From Dehalococcoidia bacterium (lineage in GTDB: Bacteria; Chloroflexota; Dehalococcoidia; Lucifugimonadales; VXLM01): a DNA stretch of 64,000 nucleotides. A program made the position numbers and the translations under genes. Below are positions 41,622 through 52,900 of this stretch, in pieces. The stretch is taken from NCBI GenBank assembly GCA_963662435.1, contig OY759598.1, positions 1,582,507 through 1,646,506 of the forward strand, written 5' to 3'. The notes beneath the pieces are model-generated. The model saw only the letters and a list, made by a program, of their open reading frames with translations, was not told where the DNA came from and did no database searches. The stretch's first letter is position 1, and every line of letters starts with the position of its first letter.

Positions 41622-41885
41622 AAGTTTGAGACCTCCTTCCAAGTGGTCATGGAGCGGGTTGGGCGCAGTCTATCACGCGCTTCGCGGGAGGATGGGCACA
41701 AATGCGAACACATGGGAGACCTGAATGGCCCGACTCTCGCAACTGCGAAGAAGGGTTGGGGCTGTTTTCGCTTTCGCCAATTTGAAGGTTGCATTCAGGT
41801 TGGAGGTTGGGCAAGCCGGTGTCGGCAGCAGGGCTAGTTCTGAAAGTACGGACGCACGCATTCTACGGAGTGGGGACATGAAGAA

Positions 41886-41993
41886 ATGTTCAGCCTGGCA
41901 AGGGGCAGCATCAATGACACGTGGTATTTCGTGGACGGCGATGTCGTGCGCATGTATTTCCTCACGAGGATTGAGGGCGGCACTGCATGGTGA
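41886..41993 (+). pseudogene. 35-aa fragment resembling the N-terminus of a GH32/43-like beta-propeller glycosidase
   Basis: MFSLARGSINDTWYFVDGDVVRMYFLT; compare W/ND.WY..DGD..HLY/FYL first-blade pattern. Confidence 0.35.
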
Positions 41994-42098
41994 CGCGTCG
42001 AATATAACGCGTAGTACGTATTCTGGACTCCCCTTCGGCCTTATGGATAGTCCAACATCCTGCTAAAGTGACTCTCGGCATAATCGAGGAGTGAATGG

Positions 42099-45000
42099 AT
42101 GTACTTTGATCGGCGGCTATTCGGCCTGACTCGGGGTGTAAGGCTACGGATATTCTTCGCGGCGGCACTGGGCCTGATCGCGGTAGGATCAGGGGTGGCA
42201 CGGTTGGCCATCTCCGGTGTAATCATCTACCGGGTGCTTGCGGGGCAAGCGAGCTTTTCTGAACTGGTATTGTCACTGCTAGCAATCTCCGCGCTGATTG
42301 GAGTGCGGAGCCTGTTTCAGTACTGGCAGAACGCGGTCAGTCACCATACGGCCAACATCGTCAAGATAGGTCTGCGGCAAGACGTATACGCACACGCCCT
42401 CAACCTGGGGCCGGGATACTTCGACAGGAACAGGACTGGAGACGTGGTCCTGACGCTGGTCGAAGGCATCGAGCGTCTTGAGACGTTCTTCGGACAGTAT
42501 CTCTCGCAGATCCTGGTTTCAGCCATAGCTCCGCTGGCGATCTTTGCGTACATGGTGACGCTCGATGCCTACATCGCGCTCATATTCCTAGTGTTCGCGT
42601 TCCTTACGCTTGCAGTGCCAGCCATGTTTCACCGGTGGAATCGAGACAGCAGCTTCGGGCGTCGCAAGGCGTATGGGGCGTTGGGGGCCGACTTTCTGGA
42701 CAGCGTTCAAGGTCTGGCTACTCTCAAGGCTTTCGGGCAGAGCAAGAGTCGCGGACGTGCCCTTGAGGAGAGGGCGCACCGCCTCTATAGAAGCACGATG
42801 GGCGTGGTCGCGGCCAACAGCGCGACGAGCGGCACATCCATATTCTTCATGGCAACGGGAGCAGCTGTGGCGCTTGCCGTGGGAGCAATTCGCGTCAGTA
42901 GCGGCGAAATGGAACTCCGTCCCCTGTTGATCGTACTCATGCTCGGGGTTGAGGTGTTCAGGCCGATGCGGGAGCTCACCAACCTTTACCACCAAGGGAT
43001 GGCCGTACTGTCTTCGGCGCAGAGCGTATTCGAAATCATGGACGAGCAGGTCTCGGTTGTTGATCCAGAACCTGCTGAGGTTCCGCAGGCCATCGACATC
43101 AGGCCGAGGGTGACATTCGATGAGGTCACGTTCGGGTATGACGGAGGTCAAAGACCGGCGCTTCGAGACGTGTCGTTCGAGCTTCGCGAGGGGGAGACGC
43201 TCGGTGTGGTGGGAGCGAGCGGAGCGGGGAAGTCGACGCTGGTCTGGCTCATGTACCGGTTCTATGATCCACAGGACGGATCGATCAGGCTGGATGGTCA
43301 CGATCTTAGAGAACTTCCCCTGAGAACGATCAGGGAGAACATATCGGTTGTCACACAGGATACGTACCTGTTTCACGGGACGGTAGCCGACAATCTTCGC
43401 TTCGGAAAGCCGGACGCGACGCAGACCGAACTGGAGGAGGCAGCCCGCGCGGCGAACGCCCATGAGTTCATTTCTCACCTGCCTCATGGCTACGACACCG
43501 TGGTCGGCGAGCGTGCGGTGCGACTTTCGGGTGGTCAGCGCCAAAGGCTGGCGATTGCGAGGGCGCTGCTGAAGGACGCGCCGATCCTTCTGCTGGACGA
43601 AGCGCTTTCCAGCGTGGACGCCGAGAACGAGTCCGCCATCCAGGGCGCGCTCGACCGGCTGATGGAGAACAGGACGACGCTGGTCATCGCTCACCGACTT
43701 TCGAGCGTGATCGACGCGGACCGTATCCTGGTCTTGGACGAGGGACGGGTCGTGGAGGTCGGTACACATTCTGAGCTTATCGATGCCGACGGCACATATG
43801 CGGGCCTCATGCGTCAGCAGACGCAGTTGGAGGTTGGGGATGCCGCCCCCGCCATGGAGACTGCGCGAACTCGTGTCGCGGCGCATGATGCGCCCGATCT
43901 TTCTCATCTCTCTTCCGGGCACGGACACCATCAACCCACTGCGTCCGCTCGTGAGGGAGAGACCGAAGAGGTGAACGTTCGGTCGCTGATGGTCTGGATG
44001 CGGCTCTTCGGTATGATACGGCCCGTCAGGTTCCAGTTTCTGATAACGCTGGCGTTGGGGATGCTCCATCACGGATCGGTGATTGTCCTTGGCGCTTTCA
44101 GCGCGCTCCTGGTAGGCGCGGTATTCCGTGACGAACCTATAACAACGCTATTGGTGCTCGTGTGCGTCTTCGCGCCGCTTTCGGCGCTACTGTTCTACAT
44201 GGAGTCGTGGCAGGCGCACGACATGGCGTTCCGGCTTCTGGCCAGGATGAGGATCGACTTGTACAACAAACTGGAACCGCTTGCGCCCGCATACATGGTG
44301 CGCCGTCGTTCGGGTGACATCGTGAGCGTGGTCGGGGGCGATGTGGAGACGGTAGAGTATTTCTTCGGGCACGCGATTTCTCCGATGATCGTTGCGGTGC
44401 TGATACCGGGCGGGCTGCTCGTGGCGCTGGCGTTCGTGGCATGGCCGGTGGCCGTCGTGCTGGCACCGTTCCTCGTGGCGGTGGCAGTGAGTCCGTTCTT
44501 CGCCAACACGCGTATCGAAAGACTCGGCGACGAGATTCGCGGACGCATGGGTGACATTCATGCCTTCATGGTGGACAGCATCCAGGGAATGCGAGAGATC
44601 TCGGCATTCGGGCGGGGCCGCGACCGGAGTGAAGAGCTGACACGGAAAGGCTGGGCATATGCCGGACATCTTGTGAGGTTCCAGAAGTCGCAGGCGTTTC
44701 AGATGGGGTTCATGGAGGCCATGATGGGGCTAGGTGGGCTGGCAGTGCTCTCCGTCGGGGCGTGGCTCACGTATGACGGACAGATCGCCAGGGAGCATCT
44801 GCCGCTGGTGAGCGTTCTAGCGCTGGCGGCATTCAGTCCGGTGATGGAGCTGGCGCGCACGATGAAGCAGATGATGGAGACGCTCGCCTCGTCGCGGCGA
44901 ATCCTGGCAATCCAGGACGAAGGGGTACCGGTGCTGGACGGCCCCGGAGTTGAGGGAGACCTCGACGGGAGTCTCCAGTCGACGCCGTCGATTGAATTTC

Positions 45001-45722
45001 AAGATGTGGCATTTGCCTACTCCGAGGGAGACCCTGAAGCTCTGGCCGACGTGTCGTTCGAGATCGGTTCCGGCCAGACAGTGGCCATCGTGGGCCGCTC
45101 GGGTGCGGGCAAGACGACGAGCGCCTATCTGATGATGCGGTTCTGGGACCCCGCAGAGGGCAGGATTACACTGGAGGACCAACGGCTGGACGACTTCCGG
45201 CTCGATGATCTTCGCGGTCGAATGGCACTCGTGGCGCAGGACACGTATCTGTTCAATGACACGATACGCGAGAACATACGGCTTGGGAGACAGGACGCCA
45301 CCGACGGGGAGGTCGAGGATGCAGCGATACAGGCGAATGCCTCGGAGTTCATCGAGTCATTCCCAGAGGGTTACGACACCCGAGTTGGCGAGAGGGGGAT
45401 GCAGCTTTCCGGGGGACAGAGGCAGAGGGTAGCGATTGCCCGAGCGATACTCAAGAACGCGCCTGTGCTGATCCTGGACGAGGCGACTTCGCACCTGGAC
45501 GCAATCAGCGAGTCAACAGTGCGAGACGCTCTCACGAGACTCATGGAAGGAAGGACGACCATCGTAATCGCGCACAGGTTATCGACGATTCGTGACGCGG
45601 ACAAGATCGTTGTGCTCGATGAAGGAAGGGTGGTTGAGCAGGGCAAGCACCGTGAACTCCTCGACCGCGGCGGGCTGTATGCCCAACTCGTTTCCGCGCA
45701 GGTGTTGGGAAAAAGGTCGTGA
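42099..45722 (+). CDS. Fused TMD-NBD-TMD-NBD ABC exporter (CydDC/IrtAB-like)
   Basis: Two Walker A (GASGAGKS, GRSGAGKT), two LSGGQ signatures, two TM blocks. Confidence 0.93.
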   Translation: MYFDRRLFGLTRGVRLRIFFAAALGLIAVGSGVARLAISGVIIYRVLAGQASFSELVLSLLAISALIGVRSLFQYWQNAVSHHTANIVKIGLRQDVYAHALNLGPGYFDRNRTGDVVLTLVEGIERLETFFGQYLSQILVSAIAPLAIFAYMVTLDAYIALIFLVFAFLTLAVPAMFHRWNRDSSFGRRKAYGALGADFLDSVQGLATLKAFGQSKSRGRALEERAHRLYRSTMGVVAANSATSGTSIFFMATGAAVALAVGAIRVSSGEMELRPLLIVLMLGVEVFRPMRELTNLYHQGMAVLSSAQSVFEIMDEQVSVVDPEPAEVPQAIDIRPRVTFDEVTFGYDGGQRPALRDVSFELREGETLGVVGASGAGKSTLVWLMYRFYDPQDGSIRLDGHDLRELPLRTIRENISVVTQDTYLFHGTVADNLRFGKPDATQTELEEAARAANAHEFISHLPHGYDTVVGERAVRLSGGQRQRLAIARALLKDAPILLLDEALSSVDAENESAIQGALDRLMENRTTLVIAHRLSSVIDADRILVLDEGRVVEVGTHSELIDADGTYAGLMRQQTQLEVGDAAPAMETARTRVAAHDAPDLSHLSSGHGHHQPTASAREGETEEVNVRSLMVWMRLFGMIRPVRFQFLITLALGMLHHGSVIVLGAFSALLVGAVFRDEPITTLLVLVCVFAPLSALLFYMESWQAHDMAFRLLARMRIDLYNKLEPLAPAYMVRRRSGDIVSVVGGDVETVEYFFGHAISPMIVAVLIPGGLLVALAFVAWPVAVVLAPFLVAVAVSPFFANTRIERLGDEIRGRMGDIHAFMVDSIQGMREISAFGRGRDRSEELTRKGWAYAGHLVRFQKSQAFQMGFMEAMMGLGGLAVLSVGAWLTYDGQIAREHLPLVSVLALAAFSPVMELARTMKQMMETLASSRRILAIQDEGVPVLDGPGVEGDLDGSLQSTPSIEFQDVAFAYSEGDPEALADVSFEIGSGQTVAIVGRSGAGKTTSAYLMMRFWDPAEGRITLEDQRLDDFRLDDLRGRMALVAQDTYLFNDTIRENIRLGRQDATDGEVEDAAIQANASEFIESFPEGYDTRVGERGMQLSGGQRQRVAIARAILKNAPVLILDEATSHLDAISESTVRDALTRLMEGRTTIVIAHRLSTIRDADKIVVLDEGRVVEQGKHRELLDRGGLYAQLVSAQVLGKRS

Positions 45723-45898
45723 GATTCCTTCGGAGTATTTCAAGAGGGCATCACCCTCTACAGCTTTATTGAAAAAGGCGGGTTCGCCTAACAGGGTCCG
45801 AAGACTGGATTCCGGCCTCCGCCGGAATGACGGTGTTTGGGGTACTGAGACGGCTGTTTTCGCAGCGAGTGATGATAGGCATTTGGGAGCGCGAGATT

Positions 45899-46549
45899 CT
45901 AGCGGTCAGTGACGAGATCGCCCAAGTGTCCGACATCGCCGATTTTTCTGAGTACGGAGTAGCGAGGCGCTCCACCAGGGACGCGACCATGCGGCCACAC
46001 CTCGATCTCGGTGAACGAAGCATTCTGGAGTTCTGCAAACTCGTACTGCCAAGGGCTTCTCTTATCGATGCCTAGCGACCAACGAATCGCCATCTCAATC
46101 GTACCGGCGTGGCTGATAACAACTACTCGCTGGCCGGGATGGCTATCCACAACCTCTTCGTGGAACTCCATCACCCTTGAGGCGAACTGGGCCAGGGTCT
46201 CGCCATCCACACCCGCTTGGTCCGGGAGCCAGTAATACAGGTCAGGACGCTGGTTGGACGGTGTCGCTAGGGCCATGTCTACGTCGAACTCGGCTAGTCT
46301 TTCGTCTACCAGGACCTCCAACCCCAGTTGCTCTGCGACCGGAGAAGATGTCTCCACAGCGCGAGGAAGGTTGCTGGAGTAGATGGCATTCACGGCAGGT
46401 CCCGAGGCAAGGCAGGCGGCAACGGCGTCCGCTTGGCGGCGTCCCAGTTCGCTCAGCGGGGCGTCGTGGCCGTAGAACCCGGAGGGGCCGGGTTGTGCCT
46501 GGCCATGGCGGACGAGTATCAGTGCCGTCGGTTCAAGTTTCTTTTGCAC
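45899..46549 (-). CDS. Histidine phosphatase family protein
   Basis: LVRHGQ, SSNLPRA and ISHAGTI motifs. Confidence 0.9.
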   Translation of the reverse strand: MQKKLEPTALILVRHGQAQPGPSGFYGHDAPLSELGRRQADAVAACLASGPAVNAIYSSNLPRAVETSSPVAEQLGLEVLVDERLAEFDVDMALATPSNQRPDLYYWLPDQAGVDGETLAQFASRVMEFHEEVVDSHPGQRVVVISHAGTIEMAIRWSLGIDKRSPWQYEFAELQNASFTEIEVWPHGRVPGGAPRYSVLRKIGDVGHLGDLVTDR

Positions 46550-46654
46550 ATTGTTGTCCTAGTCGATGGGATTGGAACAGTTGGTGTCTTGCGTCCTAGC
46601 AGTTCATCGAATTATTTTGCGTACTCCCCTACTTCAAGCTGAGAGTTATAGGCA

Positions 46655-46995
46655 TATGCCCTCACCCCTGCCCCCGTATCGAGTACGGGGCAAGCTCTCT
46701 CCCGCGACGGGAGAGGAGGGCTACATTCACCAGAGCGCAGCCCCTGCACTGTCATTTTGGGCGGAGCGGAGCGAAGTCGAAGTGTCTAAAGTGTCTGCCA
46801 CAAGGTAAAGCTGACAATGCGAGTCTTGTGCCGTTTCCACTCTTAGTCACGAAATAAGCGCGCCACCGGCTGTCCGGTCTTGCGGCTATGGATTTTAGAT
46901 TCCTCCCTGCACTCGGAATGACAGGCTAGGGGCCGGATCATAGCTACAGGTCCGTTTTGCCTACCCCTGTCAGGCTACAGGCTCAGGATGAACGA
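46655..46995. repeat. Composite repeat/MITE internal segment similar to 9005-9340
   Basis: Shared GTCACGAAATAAGCGCG.CACCGGCTGTCCGGTCTTGCGG..ATGGAT..TAGATTCCTCCCT. Confidence 0.8.
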
Positions 46996-47044
46996 GTATC
47001 CCTGATGGGAAGACTGCGGTCACTGAAGCAGGAATGGCGTCAAT

Positions 47045-47578
47045 CTACATGCCGGGAGCTGGACATCCGAATTCGGGATCGCAATCGGTCTCCGACTCGG
47101 GGCGAGGTTCGTCGATCAGGCGGGCGAGGATAGCACCGATGGCGAGGTCGTCGACCTGGCCAAATGCGTTGAAGCGGAGACGTCCGGCGCGGTCGACTAC
47201 CAGGAGGCTGGGAGTTCCTCGCAACTGGTACATTCCCATGGTTACGGGCAGTGATTCTCCCGGCTCGTGGGCGTCGACACCGACGGGGAAGGTGATTCGG
47301 TACTCGTGCAGGAAAGCTTCGAGAGAAACGGGAGTCATGGCCTCGTGGTGTTCGAACACGGTGTGAATGCCAAGCACTGTGAGGTCGTCGCCAAATGCCT
47401 GTTGGATGCGCTTGGCCTGCGGTAGCCCGTGGGAGACGCAACCCGGGCAGAGCATCTGAAAGGCCTCGATGACCACTACCTCGCCCTTGAGACCTGCGAG
47501 AGTGGGACTTTCGGCTGTGTTGAACCAGCGGGTGACGGCTAGTTCGGGAGCCGCGGGATAGGTCGTTTGAATAGTCAA
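47045..47578 (-). CDS. Redoxin/TlpA-like thioredoxin-fold protein
   Basis: FQMLCPGC and GTPS (cis-Pro) motifs. Confidence 0.88.
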   Translation of the reverse strand: MTIQTTYPAAPELAVTRWFNTAESPTLAGLKGEVVVIEAFQMLCPGCVSHGLPQAKRIQQAFGDDLTVLGIHTVFEHHEAMTPVSLEAFLHEYRITFPVGVDAHEPGESLPVTMGMYQLRGTPSLLVVDRAGRLRFNAFGQVDDLAIGAILARLIDEPRPESETDCDPEFGCPAPGM

Positions 47579-48107
47579 GGGTGGCCAGGTTCCTATATAG
47601 CCCCGTGTAGGGGGATTTTGTAAAGCCGCCGGTGCAATGGTGGTCTTGGCTTCGCTGGGGAAGAGTATATTCGATACGTAAGGTGTCGTTCAATTGAATC
47701 GCACTTGAAGGCGTGTGACTCGTCGCGTCCAAGGGTACTCTTCGGTAGAGTCGAGCCAGGTAGCTGGATTCCATCGGTCTGCTAGAGGGTTTCCACTAGA
47801 TCATCCGGAAATGTTCACCGCGACCCAGTCGAAGCCTTTGGCTATGATCCGGCCCTACTACAAGCTTTCAAGTAACTGCGGGAACCCCCTCTCTGTATCT
47901 CTCCCCCGCCGGGGGAGAGATTAGAGGTGATTGCACGGCAGTTACTGACACCCGCATGGCCCCAAACGCGGGGCGTAGCGATGCTCAGGGCGAGCGGCAG
48001 TATCCTGAACAAGTTGCACTGCGATGACTTGGACACGGCGCATAGCAGAATTCGTCCCGGCCGGCTGTGTTACATTATTCGACCGGTATTCATAGGAGGT
48101 CACTGCA

Positions 48108-49304
48108 ATGAACGAATCACAACTGGACTTTGGGCCGCTCAGGGCAAAGACGGCCCCGGAGCCCACTCCCCTTCCGGGAGACAAGAAACCGCTCCCAAAG
48201 TACCCGTTCGTGATGTCCTATCCTGACCCTGCGAACCTACCGATCATGGAGGCCCACGCCGCGTTGGGAGAGGTCTTGGCCGAGGTTGGGTCGACGGTGT
48301 CCGTCTATCCCGATCCGCAGGGTTACCTGCCCCTGAGGGAGTTCATTGCACAGCGACTCGGTGAGCGGCGAGAGTTTCCCGTGGGACCCGACGACATTCT
48401 TCTCACGGAGGGATCGGGGCAGGCCATCCACTTTGTGACGGAGGCGCTCGTCGATCCCGGCGACGTCGTCATTGTTGATGACTTCGTCTACGGCGGGACT
48501 CTGTGGTCCTTGAGGAGGTTCGGTGCGGACATCAGAGGGGTAGTCAGTGATGCCGCCGGGATGGTGCCCGACGCACTTGAGGAGGCGATAGACCAGACCG
48601 TTAAGGACGGGAAGCGGCCCAAGATGATTTATCTCATCCCCACATTTCAGAATCCGCAGACCTGGACGATGCCGGTCGAGCGTCGACGGGAGATCGTCGA
48701 GGTTGCAACGAGGCATGGGGTGCCGATACTCGAAGACGACGGCATTGCGGAGTTCCGTTTCGAAGGCGACCACGTGCCGGCGGTCGCTGCGGTCGATGAC
48801 TCCGGAGTGGTAATCCACACGGGCACGTTCAGCAAGATCATTGTCCCGGGTATGCGGATCGGATATCTCATAGCCCAGCGACCCTTTCTCGAGACGATTA
48901 TGCCTATCAAGGGGACACGGGGTGTAACGCAGTTCGGCGCCCTAGCCGTCCACCGATTCGCCACGACGAGGCTGGACGACCACCTTGAGAGACTGAATGG
49001 CGTTCTCAGGTCGAGGCGAGACGCGATGTTTGCATCATTGGCGGAGAACTTCGGCGCTACGGCTACGTGGGGCACGCCTGAGGGCGGACTCTACACGTGG
49101 CTCACGATGCAGGACGACGTTGATCTTGTCGACGCTGCGGGAGCAGCGGCCGAGCGCGGCGTCACGTATGACCTAGGCACGAACTTCGCAACCGGCGACG
49201 ATCCCGGACGCAACAAGGCCCGCCTGTGCTTCAGCTTCAACACGGAAGAGGAAATCCGGGAAGGGATCGCACTCCTCGCCGACGCCGTGTCCGTTGCAAG
49301 GTGA
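48108..49304 (+). CDS. PLP-dependent aminotransferase class I/II (MocR/LysN-like)
   Basis: PTFQNP, ILEDD, GTFSKIIVPGMRIG and RLCFS motifs. Confidence 0.92.
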   Translation: MNESQLDFGPLRAKTAPEPTPLPGDKKPLPKYPFVMSYPDPANLPIMEAHAALGEVLAEVGSTVSVYPDPQGYLPLREFIAQRLGERREFPVGPDDILLTEGSGQAIHFVTEALVDPGDVVIVDDFVYGGTLWSLRRFGADIRGVVSDAAGMVPDALEEAIDQTVKDGKRPKMIYLIPTFQNPQTWTMPVERRREIVEVATRHGVPILEDDGIAEFRFEGDHVPAVAAVDDSGVVIHTGTFSKIIVPGMRIGYLIAQRPFLETIMPIKGTRGVTQFGALAVHRFATTRLDDHLERLNGVLRSRRDAMFASLAENFGATATWGTPEGGLYTWLTMQDDVDLVDAAGAAAERGVTYDLGTNFATGDDPGRNKARLCFSFNTEEEIREGIALLADAVSVAR

Positions 49305-49970
49305 TCGAAGGGAATGACGGTTGGTCAATGGATTTTGTTGCGTAGGATGGCGAGAAGCTTGCCACTGTTAGAAGGTCTTTTGGTCCAGGGACTGGCCCCC
49401 AGCACACCAGGAGGAACTCACTGGTTCGTGTGCAGGTGTGCGGGGCAGCACGTGCGGCAGGGTGTTCCATCTCGGTGATTGCGCCGAGGACCCTACGTTG
49501 AATCACCTTGCAGGGTCACTATGTGGCATTTCCAAGTGCCCGAAGCCCTACCATCGTTCCAAGTGAATTTCACTGGATGGCGCTGAACGACGATACTGAA
49601 CAGAAAATGATGTAGACCGCGACGTAAGCTGCCCAGTTTCCAATTCACATTTGCTATATACTCAGGGTAGGCTCACTCTCGATTCCTGATTATGGCGTGA
49701 ATCGCACCGGTTTAGGGGACATCCAAGAGTCTCATTCTCCAAATCGGCGAATTTCTAATCGGGACTTCACTTAGACCGAAGAGCAATTACAAAGTCGGGG
49801 TGGCGAAAACCGCTAGCGCAACCCAAGCGTATTTATCAGTGACGTGACCCAGGATCAAAGTGCGGAGCCCGATCCCCCGATTCTTCGTCCCTTCAAGGTT
49901 TGACCGCACCAGCATACTCCACGCAGAACGGCGATCAATTGCCAGTAGATGGCAGGACGCAGGCTCAGCC

Positions 49971-52900
49971 ATGCTAAATCGCAGCGGGCAAGAGAATAGC
50001 GGCAATCGCCGCCGTGGACTCTCTTTGCTTGGTCTCGCAGCTTTGACCGCATTGGCCGGCTTCCTCCTGGTGAGTGTTGAATCGGTTTCCGCCTCTGACC
50101 CGCCCAAACCGGAGTCTACGAACGATTCAACAACTCTTCCGGGCGTGTCGCCACCTCTCAATGTGACCACGGATGTCCAGGATCTCAGGGAACGGGTCCC
50201 TCCATCGCTATTTCCCGAGATTACCGAGACCCTGCAGTTGAAGGGCGCAATTGAAGTCTACGGCGCCGTGCAGGACTTCTCGGGAGAGCAGGAATACAGC
50301 TTTGAAAACCCTGTTCACTCTCTGGGGGCGAAGCTCGGACCGGGCGGCGTGAGTATCTCCTCGGACGATGAGGTTGAATGGACTTGGAATATTGGATTCG
50401 AGGAGTACGGAAGGGGCACGTCATTCAATACGGTCCCCGATCCCAGCATAACGGCCACAGGCAGTCGGGTTGAGTATCAGTATGCCAGAGGAATAACCGA
50501 GTGGTACGTCAATGGCCCGCTGGGCCTGCAGCAGGGCTTTAACTTTGAGAGCAAGCCCTTGTCCTCGGCAGAGGGACCGCTGGTCGTCGGATTGAACATT
50601 TCAGGCGATGTCACCGTGGAGGTGGATAAGTACGGGACATCCGCCGTCCTCAGCCACCAAGAGTCGCTCAGCTCGCTCAGGTATGGTGGCCTGTACGCAT
50701 ATGACGCCAACGGCGCCGAGTTGGGGGCGCGCTTGCAGGAAACGGCCTCCGGACTGTCAATCCTGGTGGACGACGAAGGTGCAGAGTATCCCGTCACCAT
50801 CGATCCTTTCTTAGAGAAGGCTAATCTTGTCGGATATGCGGACTACCCGCGACGAGAGTTCGGCATCTCGATTTCCGTTAGTGGAGACACTGTTGTAGTC
50901 GGAGCGTCCGACGGTGGTTGGTGGGACGGCCCAGGGGCAGTGTACCTGTTCTCCGCTTCCGGCAGCGAATCAACCCCCGTGGACGATAGGATCGTGCTTT
51001 CGTCTCCCAGGTCTACTGACGGAGACGGTTTCGGCCATGCCGTATCAATCAGCGGGGAGACAATAGTCGTTGGCGCACCTTGGGAACGCGACGAGGAATT
51101 GCATGAATGGCAGCGATTCGGGGCGGCGTATGTGTTTACGAAGCCCACCGGAGGCTGGACTTCCACTTCCGACGCAGCAAGGCTAACACCTCCAGATGCA
51201 CTCTCAGAGGAATTCTTTGGGACATCTGCAGCGATTAGCAATGACACGATTGTCGTTGGATCAGGAGGCCGTTGGACAGAGGGTTCCGCATATGTGTACA
51301 CCAAACCGAGCGATGGATGGTCCGATCTGTCGGAAGCAGCCAAACTCACTGCCTCGGACGGCTCCAACTACGATATGTTTGGGCAGTCGGTCGCTGTTAA
51401 CGGCGACACCGTCATCGTTGGAGCATTTCTTGCCGATCTTGAAGTCGACGAGCTGGAAGCCGAAGAGGAGGATTTCGGAGCAGCATACGTTTTCACCAAA
51501 CCGAGTGACGGTTGGGCGGATGCCACCGAGACGGTAAAACTTGTCGCTCCGGACGGAGCTGAAGGGCGGGAGTTCGGGCGATCGCTGTCACTAGACAGTG
51601 ACACTCTGGTTGTCGGGGCCCCATTCAGCGGACGCTACTCCCCTTACGAGGTCTACCGTGTGGCCAGAGAGGCGGAGGACAAGACTCCTTACCTGGGTTC
51701 GGTATATGTGTACAACATAGCGAACGTAAATTGGTCCGATGCCCCCAGTCCGGTGAAAATCACCTCGCCTGACGGTTTCCTTTGGACAAGATTCGGATTG
51801 TCCGTGTCCGTGGACGGTGACACGATTGCCGTTGGGGAACCGGAAAGTCGCAGCGCCAGCGAGCCCGGAGGCTATCAAGATATTACAAGCGGCACTGCCT
51901 ACGTATTCGCCAAGCCGACGGAAGGCTGGAGTTCCGCCAGCGAGTCCAGAGAACTACCCATGCCCGATGGCATGCGGTACGACCGCTATGGATCATCGGT
52001 CTTCGTGAGCGGGGACATGGTGATTGTCGGTGTGCAGGAGGACGACAACGAAAACGGTACCAACGCGGGATCGGCCTTCTTGTTTGAGAAGCCAGCGGAG
52101 GGATGGACATCCGACACGCCGCTCTCCGATCCGGTGATGCTCAAGGCATTTGACAGTCCCGCCGGAGACCGATTCGGCCACTCAGTCGACATGGACGGAG
52201 ACCTGGTGGTGGTTGGTGTGCCGGGGGATCATGGCAGAGTACCCGGAGCAGCCTACGTTTACGTGAGGCAAAACATCGAATGGAGCTATGGAAGTGTCAG
52301 GCTCGAGCCGTCCGATGCAACCCCTGGCGGTCGGTTTGGAAGTTCCGTATCAGTAAGCGGTGACACTATCGCCGTTGGAGCGCCCGGCACGGAGGACGGC
52401 GACGTTACAGGCGCGGTGTATGTATTCACGACGCCAGCCGACGGATGGGCACGAATTTACGATCTTGGGTACTCGGTCAAGCTTGCGTTGCCGGATGCAG
52501 AAGTCGACGATCGCTTCGGACATTCAGTCGCAACGGATAGTAATTCCGTGGTCGTGGGCGCGCCGGGCGAGAACGCGGTCTACGTATACACGAGGCCGGA
52601 CACCGGATGGGCAGATACAACTGCGCCCGCAAAGCTGACTGTGCCCAACGCTATGGCCAGCGCCCGATTCGGCCATGCGGTTTCCATTTCAGAAGGGACA
52701 ATTGTGGTTGGGGGACCCGCTGTTAGCGGCACGGGAGTTTCCTACGTCTTTACCAAGCCCGACACGGGATGGTCGGACACATCATCATCTGCAAGGTTGA
52801 CAGCTACCGACGCAGCATCGGGAGACCGTTTCGGATACGCCGTTTCCGCTAGTGGAAGCACGGTCATCGTAGGAGCGCCGGGCAATGAGAGCGGGGAAGA

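Noticed and set aside
49305..49960. Possible ncRNA, tRNA or riboswitch in the long intergenic region
   Set aside because: No recognisable family motif; only weak hairpins and a possible TGCTATATACT -10 element
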